Shown here: positions 1-12,000 of the stretch, in pieces
How positions within the stretch are numbered: the stretch's first letter is position 1
Layout: each line of letters begins with the position of its first letter
NCBI GenBank assembly: GCA_002633005.1
Contig: NMRA01000069.1
Span: 158,203-222,202 of the forward strand
DNA: 64,000 nt
From: Phoronis australis
Lineage: Eukaryota; Animalia; Phoronida
Reading direction: 5' to 3'
Made by a program: the position numbers and the translations under genes
Notes under the pieces: generated by a model
Database searches by the model: none
Told to the model about the DNA's origin: nothing
What the model saw: only the letters and a program-made list of their open reading frames with translations

Positions 1-20
1 CGGGGAAACAACACATCTGT

Positions 21-1667
21 GTGTTCATAGATGGGACAGCACGATCCTTTCCCACAGCGAAGATTGATGTAGACACTCCATACTCTGTTGGTGAAATCGA
101 GGCGATGTGTGTGCGAACACCGATATACGACCTCATCATAAGGAATGCGGTTGGCCTCAGCAAATATCCTGATCCCAATTGGCAGCCACAAGGCAGTGTC
201 ATGTCCGCAGTCACTACTAGGGCACAGGCTAAAAAGAGAGAAAAACCCATTAAACCTTTGGCGGTAACACCATCCGGAGTGGAAAGTCTGGATATCAGCA
301 AGTTGAAGGAGGAGCAACAACATGATCCTTCCCTGCGTAAGCTCGTGGAACTTGTTGAGAAAGACAGACCTGCAAGAACACGTGGTAGAGGTCAATACTG
401 GTATGAGAAGCAAAAGGGGGTTTTGTACCGAGTGTATGCTGATAACACCAAAGAATTGCGTCAGATAGTTGTCCCTGTCAAATATCGACAACAGGTTATG
501 ACGCTAGCTCACGAGTCAATCGTTGGTGGGCACCTTGGTGTGAAGAAGACTAGTGATAGAATAGCCAGTAGCTTTCATTGGCCAGGAGTTGGTAGTGACA
601 TAAATCGTTTCTGCAGATCATGTGACATCTGCCAGCGAACAACTCCTAAGGACAGGATCTCTAAAGTGCCATTGGGTGAGATGCCACTTATGGAAGAACC
701 GTTCCAGCGTATCACTGTTGATTTGATTGGTCCTGTGTCGCCAATCTCAGACAGAGGCAACCGGTACATTCTCACCATCGTAGATTATGCCACAAGATAC
801 CCAGAGGCAGTCCCTCTACCCAGAATAGAAGCTGAGCGAGTCACAGAAGCACTATTTGAAACCTTCTGTAGAATTGGCTTTCCACGAGAGGTGCTTAGTG
901 ACTGTGGGACACAGTTTACCTCAGAAGTTCTGAAGGAAGTTGCACGGCTAATATCCATGAAGCAACTGTTCACCACTCCGTACAATCCGAAATGCAATGG
1001 ATTGTGTGAGCGTATTAACGGTGTACTGAAGAGTATGCTTAAGAAAATGTGCCAAGAGCGTACACAAGACTGGGACCGGTACTTACCAGCAGTACTGTTT
1101 GCTTACCGAGAGGTACCACAAGTGAGCACAGGTTTTTCGCCATTTGAACTGTTGTGTGGTAGAACCGTGCGAGGGCCCATGCAGGTGCTTGAAGAGTTGT
1201 GGACAGGCAATGAAACACCAGACGTACAGAATACTTATGAGTATGTCCTCGACTTGCGACATCGTCTGGAAGAGACATGTGAACTGGTGCGGGAAAACTT
1301 ACGAAATGCTGGTGAAGCATACAAGCACCTTTATAACAAAAAGACACGAGATCGTCGCTTCAAAGTAGGAGACCAAGTCTTAATATTGTTACCAACTCAC
1401 AGTAACAAGCTGTTACTGCAGTGGAGAGGTCCCTATGAAGTGACCGAGGTACTCAACAAAATGGACTACCGAGAACGGGTTGGTGGAAAGACCGAGACAT
1501 ACCATGCCAACCTGTTGAAACTTTACATATCTCGCGACCAAAGTGGGGCTGCAAGTAAAGATGATGCAGATCAGAATTCTGACATCGCGGCCATAGCTGT
1601 ACTGCAACCTGAAATGGACAATGGAGTTGGTGTTGTCGATGATGAAAATTTACTAGAGCTGGGATGA
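21..1667 (+). pseudogene. pol: Gypsy pol: protease end + integrase (HHCC, DDE, GPY/F)
   Basis: Motifs are read directly from the 548-aa ORF; a frameshift at ~1664 separates it from the RT frame. Confidence 0.9.
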
Positions 1668-2912
1668 TAAACAAAAAAGAAATGTACAAAGATGTCAAGA
1701 TATCAGACGAGCTCACTACTAGCCAACAAAGGGAGGTGATAAGTCTGCTAGAAGAGTACTCTGACATCTTTAGTGAAGTACCAGGTACGACCCATCTGGT
1801 TGAGCACAAGATTGAGACTATCAGTGAAGAGCCGGTGAGAGTCAAGCGGTATCCCCTGTCATATGCCACACGGTCGGTTGTGCAGGAGGAAGTTGACAAC
1901 ATGTTAAAGTGTGGAGTCATAGAACCATCCGATGCACCCCACAACTCTCCGGTGGTCTTAGTGAAGAAGAAAAACGGTTCAAATCGATTCTGCATCGATT
2001 TTCGTCGTTTGAACGGCATCACCAAGTTGGACTCGGAACCGATGGGCAATCCTGATGACATCATGGCTAAGATCAGTAAAGACCAGTATTTTACGAAGAT
2101 TGATCTGAGTAAAGGGTACTGGCAAGTCATTGTCGCCGAAGAATTACGACCCAAGACCCCGTTTGTAGTACCAAGTGGTTGCTACAGGTTCGTAAAGATG
2201 CCATTTGGTCTGGTAAATTCAGCAGCGATCTTCAACCGCATGATGAGAAAGATGTTGGCAGGAGCATAAGATACAGAACATTATGTGGATGACATTCTGT
2301 GCCATAATAAGACCTGGACTGAACACCTTGCCACCTTGCGAGACACCTTCCAACGTGTGCGAGAGGCTGGACTAACGATTCGACCCACCAAGTGTTCGGT
2401 TGGGTCTCGTTCCGTCGATTTCGTTGGACATGTGGTCGGTGAGGGGCACCTGGTAATGGATGAAGAAAAGTTAGGACGCATCCGAGATGCACCACGACCC
2501 AGAACGAAGAAACAAGTTCGTTCTTTTCTTGGGTTGGCTGGGTACTACAGGAAGTTCATCCCAAACTTTGCTGAAATCGCCGTCCCGCTTACTGAGCTCA
2601 CGAAGAAGAACCAGCCTAACTCCGTGCAATGGGAAGAAGCTCAGCAGCATGCATTCGACACTCTTCGAGACCTTCTGACGAGAGCACCCATACTGAGATT
2701 ACCTGATTTCAGTAAACCTTTTATTGTTCAGACTAATGCGTGAGATACTGTTATAGGCTGTATTTTGTTGCAGGAGTATGATGATGGCAGGTTCCCAGTA
2801 GCATGTGCTTGTAAGAAATTGTTACCTCGGGAACGGAATAACTTAGTCATAGAGAGTGAATGTTTGGCTATTGTATTTGCCATCAGAAAATTTGCGAAGT
2901 ACTTGTATGGTA
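1664..2912 (+). pseudogene. pol: Gypsy pol: reverse transcriptase + RNase H with in-frame stops
   Basis: One reading frame across ORFs 1664-2269, 2285-2743 and 2765-~2912, interrupted by TAA (2267-2269, just before HYVDD) and TGA (2741-2743, in the RNase H TDAS-like motif). Confidence 0.9.
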
Positions 2913-3056
2913 AATTAATCACTGGATTTGATTATTCACTCTCCATCTACGCACAATCTCGAAGCATATCTACCTTTTAAACAAACCCACAGTCAATCGT
3001 CTGACACTGCGGAAAAAAGAAAGTTTGGAATTCGAAGCGTATGTGATACCTCGATG

Positions 3057-3144
3057 GGCGTACATGAAGTGATATTCCACGAGACATTATTCCGCGTATC
3101 GGTAAGCAGAATAATGTCTCGTGGGATGTCACTTCGTGCACGCC
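3057..3144. repeat. Hairpin-forming inverted repeat (~36-bp arms, 16-nt loop)
   Basis: GGCGTACATGAAGTGATATTCCACGAGACATTATTC ... GAATAATGTCTCGTGGGATGTCACTTCGTGCACGCC. Confidence 0.8.
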
Positions 3145-3269
3145 ATTCTCGGTGCGTTTTGTGTTTTTTAAAGCGGCATTGAATCTGTCTTTTCTGTCAC
3201 AAACAATTATCGATTTAGGCCACCTGCCGTTGCATGATTGGCTTTACTTGGTCCTTACTTAGTTAATAC

Positions 3270-3650
3270 TGGTTCCGGGGCACGAAATGAAATCGTTGTA
3301 CTCGAAACGAACTCGAAATTATTATTGGCAAGTTCTCTGCTACTTGCGTGCAAACTCAAGATAAGTGACTGTTATAGAATACATTACAATTTAAGCATAA
3401 GAATTTCTAGTCCAAGTTGGCACTTGGTGACACTTATAGTCGTGTTACGAACTCAAGTAAAAACTTGAAAAATTTCGAGTTCAAACTCGAACATTTAGCC
3501 TTAATGCTGGGTCATATCAACTGCAAACTAGGGCTGAAAAATTATGCACGTAAGCCATCGCTGGAGCATAGAGGAATAGACAGTGATCTTGAGTTCGCAC
3601 AAACATCATTTCGAGTTCAATTTGGAGTAAAAAGATTAAAACCCCGGAAA
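3270..3650. mobile_element. Degenerate MITE related to the 23491-23891 Harbinger-like element
   Basis: Shares the tactcgaaacgaactcgaaatt, aactcaagataagt and gagttcgcacaaa motifs with 23491-23891; termini are decayed. Confidence 0.55.
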
Positions 3651-4024
3651 GAACTGAGAGTGCCTTACTTTAGACCATCCTATCGTTCAGTAACGCTAGG
3701 ACTTCGCTAAAAAGCAAGACTTCGCGAGGTACATGAGATATTGTTGTTTACTTTAAAGCAGAACACGTGATTTTGGCTGGCGTAGGTCATAGTTTTACTG
3801 AACTCTATCTAGGTTCATAAAATTTCAGGTCACGGTGTGACTTGAAATTTCATGAGCTTAGTCTCACGATATAACAAAGTGCGAGTTCTTTCGAACTCGT
3901 GAAATCCAGTTCGACAGAGGAACAAGATGAGACAAATTCCATAACTTAAGTGGTCTAAACAAAATTGTGACGCAAGGCAGATTGACAAGCGTTTTATATA
4001 CATGTATATAGGAAACATCATTAC

Positions 4025-4379
4025 CAATGAGCGGCACGTGGAATGAGCTGGTTGGCATGTTCTCAGCGATGAGCAACATAAACATGGGGAAGGCGAGCAA
4101 AACTGTCAATCCCATGGTCACCTTTTCGCCTTTTTCTGGCTTCATCCAAAACACCAACAGCGTCAACGACGACAGTATTACGCATGGTATAATGACGTTG
4201 AACGTGTAGAAGAGAGTGCGACGGCGGATGTGGAGTGTACAAGTCACGAACTGATATGGATTAGGGCAGCAACGATATGTTTTGAGTTCTCGGATACATT
4301 TTGTCTCCAGTAGATGCCACTCGCCGTTGCGGAAGAAGGTGTCTAATATGATCCCTTTGTCATACATCAGGATGTCCAC
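4025..4379 (-). CDS. nAChR alpha-type subunit exon: loop F/loop C + M1, M2, M2-M3 loop
   Basis: tttcag|GTG acceptor, G|gtaatg donor. Encodes VDIL...NGEWHL...TYRCCPNPY...IRRRTLFYTFNVIIPC...GEKVTMGLTVLLAFPMFMLLIAENMPTSSFHVPLIG. The vicinal Cys pair defines an alpha subunit; GEK suggests a cation-selective pore. Confidence 0.96.
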
Positions 4380-4790
4380 CTGAAATACAATTTTATAAAA
4401 CTGCAGTCAGTTGCTTGCTCAGAATACATCAAAGTAGTACTGTTGTAAAAAGTGATAAAAAGGACAGTGTGCATGCCGGAGACAAAGACAATTTCTGATT
4501 AAGACAGCATGTCATTACGAAGTTCGTCTCAAGCTGTTTTGAAAAAGGACTGTTTGTTATTGCTCGACACCATGCAGTACCGGTGCGCCAGTTTATTCGC
4601 CGAGCAGGGTCTAATAATAACGAGCCGCCAGCACAATGTAAAGTAAAATATCACTTCTCATTTCTTTAAAGGACTAATGCAGACCAATTTAATTCAGTTT
4701 GTTATATATAACACGGGTTCATAGGCGCTTAAACTACCTTAAGAAGATTCCTCAATATAACTTCTTACAAGTCTATTTAGAATTGCAAAC

Positions 4791-4971
4791 CTGCGTGCTG
4801 TCGTAAGTCCAGGAATGAAGCATAACTTTACAAATTTGATCGTCAAATGGAAAGTACGTGATGTCCATATTACATAAACTTTGAAAACACATCATTGGAG
4901 ACCAATTTATCTGTCCGACGTAATTGACCGTGACGAGTAAATCCATGTATGTTCCAGTCTTCGCGTCTGCG
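4791..4971 (-). CDS. nAChR exon: Cys-loop and loop B
   Basis: ttttcag|C acceptor, CAG|gtttgc donor. Encodes ADAKTGTYMDLLVTVNYVGQINWSPMMCFQSLCNMDITYFPFDDQICKVMLHSWTYDSTQ, with a C-x13-C Cys-loop containing FPFD. Phase matches both neighbouring exons. Confidence 0.95.
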
Positions 4972-7900
4972 CTGAAAATAGCAAGTGGAGATTTTGGATT
5001 ACAAAGATCGCAGTTTTACAGTCGCAATGACACAAAAATGATGCAACATCGTTCGCCAGAACTTGGGCACTTTTGACAATTCGTCAAAATTGTCTGCTCC
5101 CGCCATAAACGATGCACAACATTATCAACAGTCAACAGTTGTAGATAGAAAAACCAAAAATATGACAGACCAACTAAAAAGCACCTTTGGTAAAAATTAC
5201 CATGGTTTTTTCTGTGCTTAAGACACCGAAAGGCCTCGCGATGTTTCGATGGTAAAAACAGTTTATGTTTCTGTTGATGAAATCAAATAGAGTCTAGTGT
5301 ATGAAAGTAGTCAATAAATCTTTGTTTTGAACAATTTTCCAAGATTATTCTGTACTGAACGATTTTCCAAGGAAAATGGGCGACTTTTTATCTCAGGGCC
5401 AGAGATAAGAAAGTAACCCGTTTTTCATTTGCAGCATAACGTGTCCTTTTTCAACTTTTGGGTTAGATATGATGAGGTTGACACTTTTTATATGGAGTGT
5501 CGATTTTGTACCTCGTCGCGACGGATAAAAAAATGAAACGCAGTTGCACGTGCTGTTGAACCTATGCCTCCTCACAACCAAATGTCAGTGTATTCATCCA
5601 TCCAATGCATCGTTATACTGGGTGTCCCAGAAGTAATGCTAAGGAATGAAAAATTGTAACAAGTGTTCTTGTGGAATTTGCTGAAAACCACGGGATGTAT
5701 TTGTCAGATATTTTGGTAGATTTCGGAAGTTTTGCACGCATTCCAATTTTACAATCGAAATTGCCACGGCAAAAACGGCTTAATTGGTGACTGGAAACCT
5801 TAATTCTGAATAAACGATAATGAATGCTCACGTCGGTTTAACTTGCAAGTATAATGTTTGCTATGCACGTGGGCTATAACCCGTGCATGACATATCCGCC
5901 GAGGTGTCAGAAATTATATCCGTGTCAACAAGGCTGAAGTGCAGATCTCCGGACAACAACGAACATTCTTTGTTCATCAATTATACCACATCAGTACCGC
6001 ACCACTTGTGTAAACCACCCGTGTTTTAGGCTAGCATATCCAAATGTTTAAGGTCAAAGTGCGTATAAGAACTATTCAGCAAAACCTTAAGAACAAATTC
6101 AAAAAGAAATGAATGTCCCGGCAACAATCGTTGAACACTGACGCCAGCGACGTACATGTAACAGACTTTGTTCAAAATTGTCTATTCTTTACATTCGGAA
6201 CAACGAAATGCGTCTATGTTGTCGGGGATGGGCATTTCCATTGAAATTAGAATGGCCATAAGTTTGCTTTAATTGTTTTGGAACATTCATAATCATTGAT
6301 ATCCGTCTATGTTTACAAGTTAAACAATGTTCCTTGCACGTCATCAGGGAAAGAAAAGGGACAAACCTCTTCTAGGAGGCCATAGTCTACAGTTCATGAA
6401 ATTTACTGTATATTTTAAAAATATTTTTGCAAGAATGACGAAAGAAAAATTCAAATACTGTTTCCAAATATCTTCACGGATGTCCATGATCCCAATTATA
6501 GTGCGAACGTAATCAAGTTGGTTTCATAACTTGTAGCACAGCCAAATAACAGCTACAGATTTGCAACGTGCTCGACTTGGAAACCAAGTGCATCCAAAGA
6601 CACGTGTACCATCTGAAAATGAAATGAACAGTGTTTGTTTTTGTGAAATCTGCACAATAAAACTTTCAACAGATAAAATCTCACACAAAATTAGTGTCAC
6701 TAAAAACTGCAGTCTTCCTTGAGTAAACGAAATTATTTAACAATGTTGGAAAAATTGGCGTTCTACCGTTATTGTGCTGCTAAAGTTGTGGAGCGATCTT
6801 TAGCGACGGTTTTCGGCCCCATGAAATATTGCGTCACCTACTGGCCAGTTTCTTTTTTCGCCGATTCTTCAATCAACTGTTCTTCTTTCACGAGGTTGCG
6901 TACACGTCACAACAAATTATTGGAACTGGTTTCACTTCATTGTAAGTTTTTAGAATTTTGATACCGAAAACCGAATTTCAGAAGAAATTCTGTTGCTGCC
7001 AAGCTATCATCATCTCCCGTGAGATGTCGCAAAAATTTAGGAAATGGCGCGTGTGCGTGACACGAGCGTATTGTTTTCGAAACGACGACATACTTTTCAT
7101 TGTACGAAAAGGCAGAGAGTTTCGCAAAAAGTGACGTTTATTGCAATGTTTTTCACTTAAACGGCTTTAACGGCAAGGTGAGTGTCGGTTGACTCCCAGA
7201 ATTTGCATGTACACCGTCCGGTCTTTAGCTCTACGCGTTGATCCAAGTTTCACGGCGAACTACCCTGGCTGTTAGCAATTTCGGGGTCTACCGAAGAAAT
7301 ACACACAGTGGGACCTAGCTGTATTTTGACGACAGTGGCGACAGTCTTCATACACCTAGCTGGTTGGCTAACATCCAAGTTGATGCACTTTGTCTAACAT
7401 GCACGAAATCTAGCAAGAGAAAAGGTTCTTCCTTAGAGTTGAGCTTGCACGCTAATTCCTTATCTTTGAGATTGCTTGGTCAAATGGGCCTGTTTGACGT
7501 TGTGTCGTTGCTGTGTTTGCGAAGATTGAATTGCGCATGCGTCGCTGTCTGCATATAAACAACTGGAAAAAGACGGAATTGTTATCAAAATGCGTCATCG
7601 CGCTAAGCCTTATTATTGCTATTTTCCTAGGTGCAAATCTTCAGCAGGCGGTCACAAGTTCCCAAATGACGAAGGGTTACTGTAGGCGTGGATATATGCG
7701 GTCAAAAAGGTCAACCAAGAGACAAAAAGTGTGTGGAACTCGAAGCCTCACACCCCGTGTTTGTGCTCTATGCATTTCCATTTAGACACTGCATTATCAC
7801 GTTATTTGGTAAGTTTTTAGCAATTAAGTTTCTATGGACATCGCTCAGTTATGTTTCCTCACCAGTTACCCCGCGGAATAACGGGTATATTCAGTTGAAC

Positions 7901-10900
7901 CAAGTGTTTGTCATCCGAAGCTCACCTGGAACCCGGATGGTAGGCTAGCAGCACATATCCACATATTGTCCTGCGTGGGAGTGCTCCCAATTTAAGAGAT
8001 GTATGGGACGTGCCGCTCAGACGTCAAGGGTGACTTTTCACAGCAGCTACTGTACAAAACTATGCTGTGTCCAGTAAAATTCCCTAGATGAGTGAGTTTC
8101 CTTATTTTATAGCGCATCCCATGCCCAGGAGTACCAGCTTATAGTTACTTAATTAACATGAACGAGCAATGAGCTGTTCATTACAGTAAATTCGTAACAT
8201 TGCATTGGAATAAATACTGACACCTAGAATTAATTTTATTTGTTGAGATAAGAAACACATATTAGGTGTCATGAAAAATACACATTCTTAAATCCCTTTT
8301 AGTCTGTTTAACATACTTTAATTCAGATCGGAAATAAGGCTCGGGCACAAAGATAATTAGTTTCTACATATAAACATGAGGATCAAATGTCAAGTAACTT
8401 CTGCCTTACAAAAGGAGTTTTGTCTTGTGTTTTCCTTTATAATTTGCTAATATTTCTCTGACTATTCTGTTACAGGTGACATAAAACGACTGAAACCAGC
8501 CGCTTTACATGTCGACAAAGTGGAAAACAGTCCTTCAGTAATAACCTTAAAAAATCGAACTTCTCAATTCAGAAAGTCAGCACTTCCATTGGGAAAATTA
8601 CAATTGTATTTACCAAATAATGTTGTTTTGTTTGATGTATTTGGTTGTTCAGTTTGCCAGTTTTAAACACATTGATTATTGTTTATTCTCAAATCTTGTG
8701 CCTAGCAGTTTTTTATCCATCTAGCTACGATTGGAAACATATCTTTGCTTGCAAGAGGAATTTGCACAAAACTCAAAACTGTTGAAACACCTTCTTAAGA
8801 AAGCTCTGAAAACAGTTTTACACATAAACAAATAAAATGAAATCAAAGGGAATACTTCGTTCTATAGGTCAACAGCAAAATGACAATTCGCAAGCGTAAT
8901 CTGTAATCACTTTAGCTTTATAAAGAAGCAGCACAACTGCACTGCATGGGGCTTTAAAACTGAAGGAATAGTGTGGTTTGAATAATTAGTGACAAACGTG
9001 CCTGTTGATGAAAAACTTATTCAATCATCAGAATGTAATATTAACGGGCTTTTTACTGACAACAAGAGTATTGATGCAGTCCCTTAATGTCATTTCCGCA
9101 TAATGCGTGCCAAGTTGAAAAGTTTTTACCATTTATTTTCAAGGAAAAGTTAATGTCACTCAGTGAGAAAGAACAGGTATTTGTACCAGATGCTTTTGGT
9201 TTTCATTTCACTGGGATCGAGTTTCAATGGTCTATAGAAGCGCTTGGAAAAAGGTCCAGTTTGGGCACGTGGTTTTCCTTCATGTAACCTCATTAAGCCT
9301 CAATTAACTCCAAAATCAGATCCTTGAAGGTGAACACAACATCATATCACTTAACTCGCTTCGCGCCCAAAATCCAACCCTGAACTAAATCAACGTGTTA
9401 CTAAGTCTTCTTTAGCTTCAGTCCGTCATGTATCTTCCAGGAATGAAGTAAGCCATTGTTGTCCAAACATGACTCATTGCCTTTTAAAGGACATCCTCAC
9501 CAATGAGACTGGCTGGTGTAGCAGTCAGATATAGTCTTCACACACAAACAATCCACTGGCACATTTTCATATGGTAACTTAATAGTGCTATTCATATTTC
9601 TCCAGGGCCACTGGCTAGTACATTGTGCCATGCAACGCTGCTGGTGTGTGGACGACATGTTGCGGCTTGAAGTGTCACTGAACCTGGAACATACATTGAA
9701 GCATGAATAATTAAGTACGTCAGGTTGGGTCAAAAATGTTGCCCTTGTTTTTCAAAAAATATAAGGTAAATGCTTCACAATTTCACACAAAAGAACTTTA
9801 TGAAGGATAAGAATTGCCTCACCATGCTCTTTCCCCCTTACACTATCACCTGTTATTTCCATACATTCAGTTGCACCAAATTGTACAACCTCAACCCCCT
9901 ATGCCAACTTCCCGCTAAGTACCTGTATAAGTAAATCAACAAAACAAGTCGCATACCTTTCTTTAAAAATAGCTGTCCCATTACAAAGGCTGCTTGCATT
10001 CAACTGCTTAAAACCAATTTTTGTTCATTCAGGGACGTTTGCAGAAGCGATGAATGTTTCCTCTGCACGGTACAGGCCCTCAAACCTAAAACCAAAAGTC
10101 AGGTGAAAACAGACATAATATATTTCCATGTCAACGTGCAATATATTTCCGGAGGACACGGATAGGGAGTAAACAAATAGTCTAAAGGTTATTTGTCATG
10201 CACCCTTTGGGCTTGGATTGTAGTCTTAACTCACTAACAAATGTCGAGTTGACAGCCTAAACATTCAGCATTACTGTCACTGATAAACCTGTTAGAAATC
10301 ATTCCAAACATTAATATTGCTGGTGTAAAATACAAAAAGTTCCCGAGTGCTATGTCAAGTATCGTAATACACATCAGTCATCGAACAATGATTAACCGAC
10401 TGGCGACTGCCGCGAATTCGACATTGGCCAGTACCTCAATTAACAGGTATCAGTATTGTTAACATGGAATAATCATTAAAATAATCACAAACCTTACCTT
10501 TGTATAAAGTCGAGCTTACTTCCCCTCGTAGAAGCACCCTTTTCACGTAATCTCAGATTCAGGGGGGCCGGCTGCAAGCCATTTCACCATGTACATGTAT
10601 TTAAAGGGCTCGCGAAATCGCGGATGCTTAATCTATCACCACAAGTATACGCCCGCCCTCTCGTAAGTGCATCTTTGAAGCGGCTACAAGACCTTCTGTC
10701 ACAAAAAACTTTTTTGTGATTTTGGTCGCGTACCGTTATGAAGTTGGTTAAACATTGTTTCCTAGCCAAAACAGGTGTGATCTTATTGCTTGGCAACAAG
10801 CTGAACAAGTTGACTTCTCTTCGATCAGTAACCAACAAAACATAAGTTCTCATCTGAGACATAGAGAATCCTACACTTGTCTAAGGTTGATGACACCGGC

Positions 10901-11074
10901 AGACCTCTTAGATTTTTTTCAAAATCTCGAGGTTTGCCGAGGGATTTTGATGAAATTTCCAAGAAGTTTTTCGCATGTCATAAACCTGAGACGCGTGTAG
11001 GGTTTGTCTCCTCACATGAACCGTAAACATATTCTTTTTTGCGGAAAAACTCTTCTAGCCTAAAACTTTAACCC

Positions 11075-11230
11075 AGTGGCGGATCTAGGATATCACAAGG
11101 GGGGCCCAACATGTTGTCTGTAAGCATTTGCGCAAACCACGATTGTAGATACGCATAGCACCAAATGAGGGGAGGTCGGGAGGGGGGTTTGACCCCCTCC
11201 CGCCCAGGAATTTTTTCCGTTTTTTCCTCT
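11075..11230 (+). mobile_element. hAT-type MITE end (copy 1)
   Basis: Starts CAGTGGCGGATCTAGG; ~115 bp is directly repeated at 12274-12390. Confidence 0.5.
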
Positions 11231-11324
11231 AAAATTCAAGCATTTTTCTTGATTCCTGAAGTATTATCCAAGAAAAAAAGGCAAAGAAACGGAGAACGTG
11301 TCAAACACGATAAACTTCAAATAC

Positions 11325-11388
11325 CACAACCTCGAACTCACGACCTGGCGGACAGAGCGGAGGTGATTTACTACTACGCCACCACGAT
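11325..11388 (-). mobile_element. tRNA-derived SINE head-like sequence
   Basis: Minus strand reads GGTGGCGTAGTAGTAA (A-box-like) ... GTCGTGAGTTCGAGG (B-box/T-arm-like); there is no full cloverleaf. Confidence 0.4.
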
Positions 11389-12000
11389 TTAACTCCTAAT
11401 CTGCTACTAAGAGACCTATTTGTTTATGGTCTACAGCGTTTGCGCGCGAAACCTACTTCTTTTTTGTAATGCTTATTACACGTTTTATATTTTGTGGAAT
11501 CCGTTCGTAACACATTTTTGTATTAAAAATAGTTTTCAGATGCCCAAAAGACCAAATCCGTTGGCAATAATGACGGGATTGCTTTGGAAATAGTCTTAAG
11601 TTAAGGTTTGACAAAGAGAAAATTATGAGTTTCTGAGTGATTCACTAAGGCTTCGATTAAAATTCACATCTTACCAGCAGTTTCTGTTTTTTCATCGTCA
11701 CTCAGTTTCCATTTTCTTTAAAAAATGAAGTAAATTTTCTTCATTGCACAGTGGAGCAGACGACGGAAACGGAGTCGTAGTGCGCAGCGCCACTGCCGGT
11801 CGCCTTGGATATTGCGGGAGAGCCTATACTTAGCCATAGTTCCGTTACGATTGCGCCGTGTTCCGAAATTGAAATTTGATCTGAGCCCCCCCCCGCCCCC
11901 CAACACTAAAACTTAACACATTTAAATCTTAATACAATGAATGTTTTCGGTCATCCATTCGTTGTAATAAGGTAGAAAAATTAATAAATCTATTTACTGG

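Larger units (their letters stand above)
1..2912 (+). mobile_element. Degenerate Ty3/Gypsy LTR retrotransposon pol, Gmr1-like domain order (PR-INT-RT-RNaseH), truncated at 3' end and running off the window at 5' end
   Basis: ORF 21-1667 has a protease C-terminal segment (VDTPY..G..EA..YDLII), an HHCC zinc finger (HESIVGGHLG...CRSCDIC), a DDE core (VDLIGP, SDCGTQF, ERING) and a GPY motif. RT follows (KIDLSKGYWQ, MPFGL, YVDD), then RNase H (FIVQTNA*DTVIGCILLQ, ECLAIVFAI). No LTR is recognisable. Confidence 0.93.

Noticed and set aside
3864-4024. C-terminal part of the 171-aa nAChR ORF (NDVSYIHVY...)
   Set aside because: Read-through into the intron after the G|gtaatg donor; not M3-like.
9540-9750. 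Faint SGWVKNV-like transposon protein motif
   Set aside because: Too decayed to establish a frame or a family.
10497-10590. Minus-strand ATG...AAG|gtaagg exon-like segment in an nAChR intron
   Set aside because: In-frame stop and no nAChR similarity; the flanking exons already join in phase without it.
11325-11388. tRNA gene
   Set aside because: Only A/B-box-like motifs; no complete acceptor or anticodon stems, so treated as SINE-like.
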